The position numbers were made by a program, and so were the translations under genes. From assembly GCA_966211915.1 (NCBI GenBank), contig CBIHNO010000015.1:9857-73856 (forward strand): a DNA stretch of 64,000 nt. Reading direction: 5' to 3'. The DNA is from an uncultured Rhodanobacter sp. (GTDB taxonomy: Bacteria; Pseudomonadota; Gammaproteobacteria; Xanthomonadales; Rhodanobacteraceae). Of the stretch, positions 30,010 to 39,878 are shown piece by piece. Each line of letters starts with the position of its first letter. The first letter of the stretch is position 1. Under the pieces are notes generated by a model. That model worked only from the letters and a program-made list of their open reading frames with translations. It made no database searches and had not been told where the DNA came from.

Positions 30010-30813
30010 TCAGGTCTTGAGCAACACCGGCGTCGCCTGCTGGCCGATCGCGTCGACCATGGCCTTCGCCACATTGAGATTGCCAGCGATGATGTTGCCG
30101 CTTTCGGGGATGCCGTCGCGGCCGGCGAAGTCGCAGTAGCGGCCACCGGCCTCGTGCACCAGCAGCACGCCGGCGGCCATGTCCCACGGCTTCAGGCCGA
30201 TCTCGAAGTAGCCGTCGTAGCGGCCGGCGGCGACGTAGGCCAGATCGAGCGCGGCGGAGCCGGAGCGGCGGATGTCCTCGGCCTGGCCCAGGATGGCGCG
30301 GGTCATGTCGAGCTGGGGGCCCAGATGTTCGCGCTGGCGGAACGGAAAGCCGGTGGCGATCATCGCGCCGCCCAGGTTCTCGCGCTTGGATACCCGCATG
30401 CGGCGGTCGTTGAGGTAGGTGCCATCGCCCTTGCTGGCGGTGTACAGCTCGTCGCGCAGCGGGTCGAACACCACCGCGTGGATCGGCACGCCCTTTTCCA
30501 GCAACGCGATCGACACGCTGAAATGCGGGATGCCGCGCAGGTAGTTGTGGGTGCCGTCGAGCGGGTCGATCACCCAGGTCAGCGGGCCCTTGCCGGTCGC
30601 GCCGCTTTCCTCGGCCAGGATCGCGTGGTCGGGGTAGGCGCGGCGCAGTTCCTTGATGATTTCCGCCTCGGCCAGCTTGTCGACTTCGGAGACGAAATCC
30701 AGCTGCTGCTTCTCGACGATGTTGAGGCCGTCGATGCGGTTCATGTAGCGCAGGATCACATTGCCTGCAGAACGCGCGGCGCGCGCCGCGATCGTGACGT
30801 GTGGTCTGGCCAT
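30010..30813 (-). CDS. suhB: Inositol monophosphatase family protein SuhB
   Basis: WVIDPLDGTHNY, RRSGSAALDL, WDMAAG. Confidence 0.95.
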   Translation of the reverse strand: MARPHVTIAARAARSAGNVILRYMNRIDGLNIVEKQQLDFVSEVDKLAEAEIIKELRRAYPDHAILAEESGATGKGPLTWVIDPLDGTHNYLRGIPHFSVSIALLEKGVPIHAVVFDPLRDELYTASKGDGTYLNDRRMRVSKRENLGGAMIATGFPFRQREHLGPQLDMTRAILGQAEDIRRSGSAALDLAYVAAGRYDGYFEIGLKPWDMAAGVLLVHEAGGRYCDFAGRDGIPESGNIIAGNLNVAKAMVDAIGQQATPVLLKT

Positions 30814-30938
30814 GGTTTCGACTTTGGAAGAGAGCGGGTTTGCGGTCGGCGATTCTAGCAGAGGTGGGGCCGGACCGGGCCGCAGCTGCCCCGTGTCCAT
30901 TATCCTTGCCAGCTGTTTACCGCCAAGCCACGCATCCC

Positions 30939-31700
30939 ATGACCGATCTGAACGACCTCGCCAGCCGCATCCGCTACGTGCTGGTGCGCACCTCGCATCC
31001 GGGCAATATCGGCAGTGCGGCGCGTGCCATCCGCACGATGGGCTTCACGCGGCTGGAACTGGTGACGCCGCACCGCTTTCCCGATCCGGAGACCAGCGCG
31101 CTGGCAGCGGGCGCGGACGAAGTGCTGGCCAACGCCGGTATCCATGCCGATCTGGTCGATAGTCTGGCGGGTACCAGCCTGGCGCTCGGTCTGTCGGCGC
31201 GCCGGCGTGGTGTGAACCTGCCGGAGATTTCACCACGCGAGGCGGCGCAACAGGTACTGGCCGCGGCTGCCCGTGGCGAACAGGTGGCGCTGGTGTTCGG
31301 CAACGAACGTACCGGGCTGGAGAACGAGGAGCTGGCGCGTTGCCACGCGATGGTGCGGATTCCCAGCGTGGATGATTTCAGCTCGCTCAACCTGTCGCAG
31401 GCGGTGCAGGTGATGGCGTACGAGTTGCGCGTGGCGATGCTCGGCGACACGCCGGCACCGCTGCCGCCAGCGCACGACGAGCCACCGGCCGATGCGGCGC
31501 AGATGGAGCAGTTCTACCTGCATCTGGCACAGACGCTGGACGAGATCGAATTCCACAAGGGGCGTGAGCCGACCACGATCATGCTGCGCCTGCGCAAGCT
31601 GTTTCAGCGTGCGCAGCCGGATGAGCGCGAGTTGCGGGTATTGCACGGCATCCTCGCCGATGCGCAGCGGATGGCGGGGCTGGCGAAGAACAGCAAGTAA
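30939..31700 (+). CDS. trmJ: tRNA (C32/U32) 2'-O-methyltransferase TrmJ
   Basis: HPGNIGSAARA, FGNERTGL and SLNLSQAV SPOUT motifs. Divergent from suhB. Confidence 0.9.
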   Translation: MTDLNDLASRIRYVLVRTSHPGNIGSAARAIRTMGFTRLELVTPHRFPDPETSALAAGADEVLANAGIHADLVDSLAGTSLALGLSARRRGVNLPEISPREAAQQVLAAAARGEQVALVFGNERTGLENEELARCHAMVRIPSVDDFSSLNLSQAVQVMAYELRVAMLGDTPAPLPPAHDEPPADAAQMEQFYLHLAQTLDEIEFHKGREPTTIMLRLRKLFQRAQPDERELRVLHGILADAQRMAGLAKNSK

Positions 31701-31710
31701 CTCGGCTCTG

Positions 31711-31815
31711 CTCCCTCCCCTGTGTGCAGGGGAGGGTTGGGGAGGGGTTGCTCCTGCTTTTTGAAGTCAAAAGCCTACCCCCTCCTGACCTCCCCCTGCA
31801 GGCAGGCGGAGGGAC
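31711..31815. repeat. REPIN/BIME-like doublet of two inverted palindromic repeats
   Basis: CTCCCTCCCCTGTGTGCAGGGGAGGGTTGGGGAGGGGT (31711-31748) and an inverted homolog (31777-31815), with spacer hairpin GCTTTT..AAAAGC. Confidence 0.8.
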
Positions 31816-31823
31816 AGTTGTTG

Positions 31824-33146
31824 TTACTGCTCGTCGTCCGACAGTTCCAGCGACGGCGCCGGCGTGACCAGCAGCTTGTCGATGCGGGCACCGTCGAGAT
31901 CGACCACCTCGAAGCGGATGCCGTGCCAGGCGAATACTTCACCGGTCTGCGGCACATGGCCCAGCGCGGTCATCACCATGCCGGCGGCGGTGCGATATTC
32001 GTGTTCTTCCTCGCCGGGCAGCTCGCCGACCTGCAGCAGTTCGCGCAGGTCGTCGGTAGACAGGCTGCCGTCGATCAGCCAGCTGCCATCCGCGCGTTGC
32101 ACGATCGGTGCGTTGTCATCGTCACCGTTGTGGCCGATCTGGCTGGCGCCGACCACGGCGGCGAGCAGGTCGTTGACGGTGACCACGCCCTCGATGTCGC
32201 CGTACTCGTCGACCACCAGCGCCAGCGGCGTCTCGGCATCACGAAACTCTTCCAGCAGATCCAGCGCCCGTGCGGTAGCCGGCACGAACAGCGGCTTGGA
32301 CAGATGTTCGAACAGCTCCAGCTTGCCGTCGGCAAAGCTGTGCAGCAGGCGCTTGACCTCGACCACCCCCACCACCTCGCTCTCGTCGCCCCGGTACACC
32401 GGATAGCGCGAATACGGGGTTGCCCGCAGTACCTCGATGTTCTCCGCGAGGGTGGCGGCGGTGTCCAGCCAGGCGATACGCATGCGCGGGGTCATCACGC
32501 TGTCCACCGTGCGGTCGCCCAGGCGCAGCACGCGGTTCACCATGTTGTGCTCGTCCGGATCGAGCACGCCCTGCTCGGCGCTCTCGGCCACCAGCAGGCG
32601 GATCTCGTCTTCGGTGACCACCCCGCGGCCATGCTGGTTCACCCGCAGCATACGCAGCAACAGGTTGCTCGACAGATTAAGCAGCCACACGAACGGTGCG
32701 GTGATGCGCGACAGCACCAGCATCGGGATCGCCGCGTACGTCGAGAAGCGCTCCGGCGCCGACAGCGCCAGTCGCTTGGGCACCAGTTCGCCGATCACGA
32801 TCTGGATGAACGAGATCAGCACGAAGCCGAGCACGATGCCGATGATCCGTGCATACGGCATCAGCCACGTCAGATGATTGCTCTGCAGGGTGTCGGCAAT
32901 ATGCGCGCCCAGCGCATCGCCGGCGATCGCACCGGTAATCAGCATCAGCAGGGTGATGCCGACCTGCACGGTGGACAGGAAATGCTCCGGCGCCTCGGCA
33001 TGAAGCAGTGCCAGCGCGGCGCGTCGGCTGGTTTTCGCCATCTGCTTGAGCCGGCTCTTGCGCGAGGCGACCAGCGCCATCTCGGACAGGGCGAAGAAGC
33101 CGTTGCACAGGGCCAGTACGAAGACGAGCGCGATTTCGGTCAGCAT
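31824..33146 (-). CDS. Hemolysin family / CNNM-CBS-CorC domain membrane protein
   Basis: NGFFALSEMA, STVQVGIT, GELVPKRLA (CNNM), CBS pair, VVDEYG and CorC_HlyC C-terminus. Confidence 0.92.
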   Translation of the reverse strand: MLTEIALVFVLALCNGFFALSEMALVASRKSRLKQMAKTSRRAALALLHAEAPEHFLSTVQVGITLLMLITGAIAGDALGAHIADTLQSNHLTWLMPYARIIGIVLGFVLISFIQIVIGELVPKRLALSAPERFSTYAAIPMLVLSRITAPFVWLLNLSSNLLLRMLRVNQHGRGVVTEDEIRLLVAESAEQGVLDPDEHNMVNRVLRLGDRTVDSVMTPRMRIAWLDTAATLAENIEVLRATPYSRYPVYRGDESEVVGVVEVKRLLHSFADGKLELFEHLSKPLFVPATARALDLLEEFRDAETPLALVVDEYGDIEGVVTVNDLLAAVVGASQIGHNGDDDNAPIVQRADGSWLIDGSLSTDDLRELLQVGELPGEEEHEYRTAAGMVMTALGHVPQTGEVFAWHGIRFEVVDLDGARIDKLLVTPAPSLELSDDEQ

Positions 33147-33249
33147 CGCGGCGATGATGGGGGAGGGTGCATGGGCACAGTGTAAGGGTAGCGGGGGCTC
33201 CACTTCACCCCGGGATGGTCGGCTCTTGATGCAGGGCAGCATGGCAGTC

Positions 33250-33267
33250 CTGTAACATTCCCGTCAC
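33250..33267 (+). promoter_or_regulatory. Putative Pho box (PhoB site)
   Basis: CTGTAAC-ATTC-CCGTCAC fits the 7-4-7 direct repeat consensus CTGTCAT-N4-CTGTCA(C/T). It lies 16 nt upstream of DUF47-pit. Confidence 0.65.
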
Positions 33268-33283
33268 TTTGTTCCCTTCAGGC

Positions 33284-33922
33284 ATGGCCCGCATGTTTTC
33301 ACTGCAGACGATTTTCGGCAAAGGCGACAAGTTCTACGGGTTGCTCGAACAGAGCGCAGCCACCGCCCACGAAAGCGCCAAAGCCCTGCACGCGTTGCTG
33401 ACCAAGCCTGAAGAAGGCTCGATGATGGCCGCCTTTACCGCTACCCGCATGCGCGAGAAGGAACTGGCGGCGCAGATCAGCGAGGGGCTGGTGAACACGT
33501 TCGTCACCGCGCTCGACCGCGAGGACATCGAGGCACTGAATTCGGCGCTGTACAAGATTCCCAAGACCATCGAGAAATTCGCCGAACGCTACGAGATCGT
33601 CGCCACACGTCTGGTCGGGGTGGATTTCGCCCAGCGCGCGCAGGTGCTGGAGCGTTCCAGCGCGGTGGTTGTCGAGATGATCGGCGAGCTGCGTCGCGGC
33701 CTGCGCATCGACCCGGTGAAGAAGCTGCAGGACCGCCTGCAGGCGTTGGAGTCGGAAGGCGACCGCATGCTGCTGGCGCCGTACCGCACGCTGTACATCG
33801 AGGGCAGCGACGCGATGCGGGCGATGCTGGCCAAGGATCTGTTCGAGCTGATCGAGAAGGCCATCGACAAGTGCCGCGACGTCGGCAACATCGTCTATTC
33901 GATCGTGCTGAAGAACTCCTGA
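33284..33922 (+). CDS. DUF47 phosphate transport regulator (PhoU-like)
   Basis: NTFVTALDREDI, LESEGD and IDKCRDV motifs. Lies upstream of pit. Confidence 0.85.
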   Translation: MARMFSLQTIFGKGDKFYGLLEQSAATAHESAKALHALLTKPEEGSMMAAFTATRMREKELAAQISEGLVNTFVTALDREDIEALNSALYKIPKTIEKFAERYEIVATRLVGVDFAQRAQVLERSSAVVVEMIGELRRGLRIDPVKKLQDRLQALESEGDRMLLAPYRTLYIEGSDAMRAMLAKDLFELIEKAIDKCRDVGNIVYSIVLKNS

Positions 33923-34009
33923 GGCCGCCGCCGTGACCCTGCGTATTCCGCATTGCCTGACCGCAATGCCAGCACCATGCAGCCGCCCGCCTCTGACCGG
34001 AGGCCGCAT

Positions 34010-35122
34010 ATGAGCATCGTCATCGCCGTGGTGGTGATCGCGCTCGTCTTTACCTACATCAACGGTTTCCACGACACCGCCAATTCGATTGCCACGGTGG
34101 TGGCGACCAAGGTGCTCACGCCTGGTCAGGCGGTACTGCTGGCCGCCGGCACCAACCTCATCGGCGCGTTCATGGGCACGGCGGTGGCGGCCACGATTGC
34201 ATCCGGGCTGATCAATGCCGGCGTGATCGAGATGGGCTCGCAGCTGCTGATCTGCGCGCTGCTCGGGGCGATCGTGTGGAACCTGATCACTTGGTGGCTG
34301 GGGCTGCCGTCCAGCTCCAGCCATGCGTTGGTCGGTTCGCTGGTGGGTGCGGCACTGGCCGCCTCGAACAACAATTTCTCCTCGGTGATCTGGATCGAGG
34401 GCAGCTGGCTGAAAGGCCACGGCGTGATTCCCAAGGTGATCATCCCGATGGTGCTGTCGCCGGCGGCCGGTTTCGTCATCAGCTTCCTCCTGATGGGCGG
34501 GTTGTACGCGCTGCTGGCCTGGTTCGCGAAACGGCACGGCTGGTCGCGCCGCTTCGGTCGCACCCCGTTCGTCAATTTCTTCTTCGGCAAGGCGCAGATC
34601 GTCTCGGCCAGCGCGATGGGCGTGGCGCATGGCATGAACGACGCGCAGAAGAGCATGGGCATCATCGCGCTGGCGCTGGCCGGCGCCACCGCCGCGCATC
34701 AGTTCGACCAGCTGCCGGCGTGGCTGGGCTTCCTGCGCATCGCCGAGAATCCGGCCGGCGGATTTGTCATTCCGGTGTGGGTGAAAGTGGTGTCTGCGCT
34801 GACCATGGCCGCCGGTACCGCCGGCGGTGGCTGGCGCATCATCAAGACGCTGGGCCACAAGATGGTCAAGCTGCATCCGATCAATGGTTTTGCCGCCGAG
34901 ACCAGTTCCGCGCTGGTGATCCTCACCGCTTCGGCGTTCGGTATCCCGGTGTCGACCACCCACAACGTGTCCGCCTCGATCATGGGCGTGGGTGCCGCCA
35001 AGCGTTTCAATGCGATCCGCTGGTCGGTGGTCGAACGGATGGTGTGGGCGTGGATACTGACCCTGCCGATCACCGCGCTGCTGGCCTACGGGCTGGTGAT
35101 GCTGGTCAAGCTGGCGTCCTGA
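34010..35122 (+). CDS. pit: Inorganic phosphate transporter, PiT family
   Basis: NGFHDTANSIAT, GLPSSSSHAL, AHGMNDAQK and PVSTTH signature motifs. Confidence 0.95.
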   Translation: MSIVIAVVVIALVFTYINGFHDTANSIATVVATKVLTPGQAVLLAAGTNLIGAFMGTAVAATIASGLINAGVIEMGSQLLICALLGAIVWNLITWWLGLPSSSSHALVGSLVGAALAASNNNFSSVIWIEGSWLKGHGVIPKVIIPMVLSPAAGFVISFLLMGGLYALLAWFAKRHGWSRRFGRTPFVNFFFGKAQIVSASAMGVAHGMNDAQKSMGIIALALAGATAAHQFDQLPAWLGFLRIAENPAGGFVIPVWVKVVSALTMAAGTAGGGWRIIKTLGHKMVKLHPINGFAAETSSALVILTASAFGIPVSTTHNVSASIMGVGAAKRFNAIRWSVVERMVWAWILTLPITALLAYGLVMLVKLAS

Positions 35123-35128
35123 TCCGGC

Positions 35129-35533
35129 TCAGAGCGCGTCGCCGCCGGTGGCGATGATCTGCTCCAGCTGGTCGCCCAGCGTGCCAAGCTCGCCCACCAC
35201 GCGCTGCAGCTCGGCGGTGTCGAGGTATTCGTAGGGGCGGTTCTCGCACAGGTGCAGGTACGGCGAACCGTCCAGGTCGGCCACCGCGAGAAAGCCGGTT
35301 CGCTGCTGCCAGTTGAAGCGCAGGCAGCGGCTGGGATCGGTGCCAGCCAGCGGACCGATCGGGGTGGAAATACGCAGGTAGCGGCGGCCCGATTCGTCCT
35401 CGAGCTCGGCCAGATAGATGCCCTGATGGCGCTCATGCGCCAGTTCCAGGTCGAAACTGATCAGGTACGGATCGTTGTGGCGCAGCTCGTGCTGGCTGCC
35501 GATATGGGAACGCACGGCTTCGAAGTGGCGCAT
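35129..35533 (-). CDS. Hypothetical protein, YbjN/CesT chaperone-like fold
   Basis: 134 aa with the alpha-beta-beta-beta-alpha-beta-beta-alpha pattern and an acidic C-terminal helix (GDQLEQIIATGGDAL). Recognised by resemblance only. Confidence 0.55.
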   Translation of the reverse strand: MRHFEAVRSHIGSQHELRHNDPYLISFDLELAHERHQGIYLAELEDESGRRYLRISTPIGPLAGTDPSRCLRFNWQQRTGFLAVADLDGSPYLHLCENRPYEYLDTAELQRVVGELGTLGDQLEQIIATGGDAL

Positions 35534-35603
35534 GGTGCGACTTCCTTGGCTGGCGAAAAGCACTGCTACTCTGACACGACTCCATGCCCAAGTCGCGTCT
35601 GTC

Positions 35604-35945
35604 ATGAACGATCCTGCCTCCCGTATTTACGCCGCCATCGCCGCGATTCCCCGTGGCCGCGTCGCCAGCTATGGCGCCATCGCCGCGCGCGCAGGGCTGC
35701 CGGGACGGGCGCGACTGGTAGGCCGACTGTTGGGCGAGGTGCCCGATGGCATGGAGTTGCCGTGGTACCGCGTGCTGCGCTCCAGCGGCCACATCGCGAT
35801 GCCGCCGGGCAGCCGCGGTTTTCGCGAGCAATCCCGGCTGCTGCGGGCCGAAGGTGTCGAAGTGAAGAACGGCCGCGTGCCGCTGTCGCGGTTCGGGCTG
35901 GATGGCGATCTCGACCATGCGCTGTGGGGCATGCCACCGATGTAA
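35604..35945 (+). CDS. atl: Alkyltransferase-like protein (ATL/YbaZ)
   Basis: IPRGRVASYGAIA, ARLVG and PWYRV (Trp in place of the catalytic Cys of PCHRV). Confidence 0.9.
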   Translation: MNDPASRIYAAIAAIPRGRVASYGAIAARAGLPGRARLVGRLLGEVPDGMELPWYRVLRSSGHIAMPPGSRGFREQSRLLRAEGVEVKNGRVPLSRFGLDGDLDHALWGMPPM

Positions 35946-36065
35946 ACCTTTCCCGGTAGAGAGCGTGCGGCTGCTCGCGATGAGGTCGCGCGTACGGCTG
36001 GCAAGCCCATCGGCTACCGCTGCATTCGGCATGCGCCGACGGGTGTTTGCATGCGGTTTGTTACC

Positions 36066-37904
36066 ATGCCTCCGATGAATGCCTCTGCCCTTGACCTGCT
36101 TCCCCTTGACCTGCTTCAAAGCGTTTTCGGTTACCCCAGTTTTCGCGGCCAGCAACAGGCGGTGGTTGAACACCTGAGTGAAGGTGGTGACGCGCTGGTG
36201 CTGATGCCGACCGGCGGCGGCAAGTCGCTGTGCTACCAGATCCCGGCGCTGCTGCGTCAGGGCACCGGCATCGTGGTGTCGCCGCTGATCGCGCTGATGC
36301 AGGACCAGGTCGACGCGCTGCGCGAAGCCGGCGTGGCCGCCGCGTATCTCAACTCCAGTCTCGGTGCCGAAGAGCAGCGCGAAGTCGAGCGGCAGCTGCT
36401 GGCCGGTGAACTGAACCTTCTTTACGTGGCGCCGGAGCGGTTGCTGACCCAGCGTTTCCTCGGCCAGCTCGAACGCACCGAAGTAGCGTTGTTCGCGATC
36501 GACGAGGCGCATTGCGTATCGCAGTGGGGCCACGATTTCCGTCCGGAATACCGCGAGCTGGCGATCCTGCATCAGCGCTTCCCCGCGGTGCCGCGGATCG
36601 CGCTCACCGCCACCGCCGACCCGCGTACGCGCGAGGAAATCGTCGAGCGCCTGTCGCTGCAGGACGCGCGCCAGTTCGTGTCCAGTTTCGACCGGCCGAA
36701 CATCGGCTACCGGGTCGGCCTGCGCCACAACGCGAAGCGCCAGCTCACCGAATTCCTGCAGGGACATCAGGGCGAGTCCGGCATCGTGTACTGCCTGAGC
36801 CGCAAGAAGGTGGACGACACCGCCGAATGGCTGGCGGAGATGGGCGTGGAGGCGTTGCCGTATCACGCCGGCCTCGATGCGGCCACGCGTGCAAGAAACC
36901 AGAAGCGTTTCCTGCGAGAGGATGGCGTGGTGATGGTTGCCACCGTCGCGTTCGGCATGGGCATCGACAAGCCCGATGTACGTTTCGTGGCGCACCTGGA
37001 TCTGCCGCGCAGCATCGAAGGCTACTACCAGGAAACCGGCCGCGCCGGCCGCGACAGCCTGCCGGCCGAGGCGTGGATGATCTACGGCTTGTCCGACGTG
37101 GTGACGATGAGCCAGATGATCGCGCAGTCCGAATCGGCGGACGAGCGCAAGCGGGTCGAGCGGCAGAAGCTGGAATCGCTGCTGGCCTACGCCGAGGCCA
37201 CCGGTTGTCGCCGCGAGTTGCTGCTGGGCACGTTCGGCGAAACTTATCCCGGTCCCTGCGGCCATTGCGACAACTGCATCGCGCCGCCGAAGACATGGGA
37301 CGCCACCGTGCCGGCACAGAAGGCGCTGTCGGCGGTGTATCGCACGGGCCAGCGTTTCGGTTCCGGCCACGTCATCGACGTGCTGCGCGGTGAGGAAACC
37401 GAGCGCGTACTGAGCCTCGACCATCATCGCCTCAGCACGTTCGGTATCGGTGCCGAGATGGACGAGAAGCAGTGGCGCTCGGTGTTCCGTCAGCTGCTCG
37501 CCGCCGGCCTGCTCGAAGCCGATGCCGAAGGCTACGGCACCTTGCGACTGACCGCCGCCAGCCGCGCCGTGCTCAGCGGCGGCCAGCCGGTGAAGCTGCG
37601 CGAGGATGCGCGGCCCGAGCGCGGCAGCCGTCGTCGCCGCGACAGCAAGATCGTCACCGGCGGCAGCCTAGGCATCGAGGCCTACGAGCAGTCGATGTGG
37701 GACGAACTGCGCGCGTTGCGCACGCAGCTGGCCAAGCAGCAGGGCGTGCCGCCGTATGTGGTGTTCCACGATGCCACCTTGCTGGCGATGCTGCGCGCGC
37801 TGCCGGCCAACGAGGATGAGCTGGCCACCATCAGCGGTGTCGGCGAGGCCAAGCTCAAGCGTTACGGCCGCGATTTCCTGGCAGTGATCAACGCGCAGGA
37901 ATAA
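36066..37904 (+). CDS. recQ: DNA helicase RecQ
   Basis: [27 protein letters not shown], Zn module (CRR..CGHCDNC), RQC and HRDC domains. Confidence 0.97.
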   Translation: MPPMNASALDLLPLDLLQSVFGYPSFRGQQQAVVEHLSEGGDALVLMPTGGGKSLCYQIPALLRQGTGIVVSPLIALMQDQVDALREAGVAAAYLNSSLGAEEQREVERQLLAGELNLLYVAPERLLTQRFLGQLERTEVALFAIDEAHCVSQWGHDFRPEYRELAILHQRFPAVPRIALTATADPRTREEIVERLSLQDARQFVSSFDRPNIGYRVGLRHNAKRQLTEFLQGHQGESGIVYCLSRKKVDDTAEWLAEMGVEALPYHAGLDAATRARNQKRFLREDGVVMVATVAFGMGIDKPDVRFVAHLDLPRSIEGYYQETGRAGRDSLPAEAWMIYGLSDVVTMSQMIAQSESADERKRVERQKLESLLAYAEATGCRRELLLGTFGETYPGPCGHCDNCIAPPKTWDATVPAQKALSAVYRTGQRFGSGHVIDVLRGEETERVLSLDHHRLSTFGIGAEMDEKQWRSVFRQLLAAGLLEADAEGYGTLRLTAASRAVLSGGQPVKLREDARPERGSRRRRDSKIVTGGSLGIEAYEQSMWDELRALRTQLAKQQGVPPYVVFHDATLLAMLRALPANEDELATISGVGEAKLKRYGRDFLAVINAQE

Positions 37905-38056
37905 GCGGCGCGGTGCTTGCGCTGATCGCGCATCACCCTTACAACTGAAGCATCTTGCACGTGCAGGCCAGCGTCGGACGACGGCGGCGCACACCTCTGC
38001 ATGCCGCACGGCGGTGATGTCGTGCGGTTTCCATCGTGGTACTGAAAGGATCGCGC

Positions 38057-39775
38057 ATGCACGAAGCCCCACTCATCGCCACCCTCGTCAGCGGCATCGT
38101 GCTGGCTTTCGTGTTTGCCGCGCTCGCGCACAAGCTGCGGCTGCCACCACTGGCCGGTTACCTGATGGCCGGCGTGGTGGTCGGGCCGTTCACGCCGGGC
38201 TATGTCGCCGACGGGCATCTGGCGCATCAGCTGGCCGAGGTGGGCGTGGTGCTGCTGATGTTCGGCGTCGGCCTGCATTTTTCGCTGAAGGATCTGCTCT
38301 CGGTCAAGAACATCGCGATCCCTGGCGCGCTCGGCCAGATGGCGGTGGCCACCGTGCTCGGCATGCTGCTGGGCTGGGCGCTGGGCTGGCCGTTCGCGCA
38401 GGGCTTCGTGTTCGGTCTGGCGTTGTCGGTGGCCAGCACGGTGGTGCTGTTGCGGGCGATGGAAGAACACCGCCTGATGGAAACCGAGCGCGGCCGCATC
38501 GCGGTCGGCTGGCTGATCGTCGAGGACCTGGCGATGGTGCTGGCGCTGGTGCTGCTGCCGGCGATCGGACTGGTGCTGGGCAGTGGCGCGCAGGGTGGCG
38601 CCGCGTTGTCGCTGGGCGCGATCGCCGGCACGGTCGCGTTCACCATCGGCAAGGTGGCGCTGTTCGTGGCGCTGATGCTGGTGGTCGGCAAGCGGCTGAT
38701 CCCATGGATTCTCAAGGTCGTCGCGTACACCGGTTCGCGCGAGCTGTTCCGTCTGGCCGTACTGGCGATCGCGCTGGGCGTGGCGTTCGGTGCGGCCGGC
38801 CTGTTCGGCGTGTCGTTCGAACTGGGCGCGTTCTTCGCCGGCATGATGATGGGCGAGTCGAAACTGGCCCAGCGTGCCACCGAGGAAACGCTGCCGCTGC
38901 GCGATGCATTCGCGGTGTTGTTCTTCGTCTCGATCGGCATGCTGTTCAACTATCAGGTGGTGCTGACCCAGCCGTGGGTGGTGCTGGCGGCACTGCTGAT
39001 CGTGGTGCTCGGCAAGTCGCTGGCTGCGTTCGGCATCGTGCTGGTGTCCGGTCGTCCGCTGCGCACGGCGTTGACGATCGCCACCAGCCTGGCGCAGATC
39101 GGCGAGTTCTCGTTCATCCTGATCGGTGTGGGCGTGCTGCAGAACCTGGTCTCGAAGGAGGCGCAGGACGTGCTGCTGGCCGCCGCGATCCTGTCGATCC
39201 TGCTCAACCCGCTGCTGTTCAAGCTGCTCGATCGCGCGAAGCCGTGGCTGGATGCGCGCGAGGCACGGCAGTGTGGCGATGGCGTGGCCGCCGCGACTCC
39301 CGCTGTGTCCCCCGCGATTCTGGTCACCAGCATGCTGAGTGGGCACGTGGTGGTGGCCGGCTACGGTCGGGTCGGGCGGCTGATCGGCGAGGCGCTGCAT
39401 GGGCAGAGCCAGGCGGTGCTCGTGCTGGAAGAGGAAAAGGAACGCGTTGCGATGCTGCACCAGCAGGGCATCGCGACGATCGTCGGGAATGCGGCGCGGG
39501 ATGATGTGCTGGACGCAGCCAATCTCGCCCATGCGCGCGCACTGGTGGTGACCGTGCCCGATGCGTTCGAGAGCGGCGAGGTGGTGCGGGTCGCGCGGCT
39601 GGCCAATCCGCGGCTGCAGATCATTGCGCGTGCCGATTCCGATGCCTGCAAGGCACATCTGCGGCAGCAGGGCGCCGATCTGGTGGTGCTGGCCGAGTCG
39701 GAGCTGGCGCGCGGTATGCTCGAGCATCTACGCGCAGGGCGGTCCGTGCAAGCGGCCACCTCGGACGCTGCCTGA
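38057..39775 (+). CDS. ybaL: CPA2 cation:proton antiporter with TrkA-N domain (YbaL-like)
   Basis: LAEVGVVLLMF, SVASTVV, LIVEDL, LAQIGEFSFIL, and C-terminal GYGRVG. Confidence 0.9.
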   Translation: MHEAPLIATLVSGIVLAFVFAALAHKLRLPPLAGYLMAGVVVGPFTPGYVADGHLAHQLAEVGVVLLMFGVGLHFSLKDLLSVKNIAIPGALGQMAVATVLGMLLGWALGWPFAQGFVFGLALSVASTVVLLRAMEEHRLMETERGRIAVGWLIVEDLAMVLALVLLPAIGLVLGSGAQGGAALSLGAIAGTVAFTIGKVALFVALMLVVGKRLIPWILKVVAYTGSRELFRLAVLAIALGVAFGAAGLFGVSFELGAFFAGMMMGESKLAQRATEETLPLRDAFAVLFFVSIGMLFNYQVVLTQPWVVLAALLIVVLGKSLAAFGIVLVSGRPLRTALTIATSLAQIGEFSFILIGVGVLQNLVSKEAQDVLLAAAILSILLNPLLFKLLDRAKPWLDAREARQCGDGVAAATPAVSPAILVTSMLSGHVVVAGYGRVGRLIGEALHGQSQAVLVLEEEKERVAMLHQQGIATIVGNAARDDVLDAANLAHARALVVTVPDAFESGEVVRVARLANPRLQIIARADSDACKAHLRQQGADLVVLAESELARGMLEHLRAGRSVQAATSDAA

Positions 39776-39790
39776 TCCGCACTATCCGAT

Positions 39791-39814
39791 CCGGCTGCAT
39801 ACGTATTCAGCCGG
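39791..39814. promoter_or_regulatory. Putative LacI-family operator upstream of the sugar porter
   Basis: 24-bp palindrome CCGGCTGCATAC|GTATTCAGCCGG with one mismatch and a central CG, core TGCATACGTATTCA. Confidence 0.7.
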
Positions 39815-39878
39815 ACAGGGCCGGGACCGCAGTGCAGACTCGGCGCACATCTTTATGCCATGACGTTGGGGAGACGCG

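Noticed and set aside
35433-37427. 664-aa minus-strand ORF
   Set aside because: Antisense to recQ and atl, typical shadow composition.
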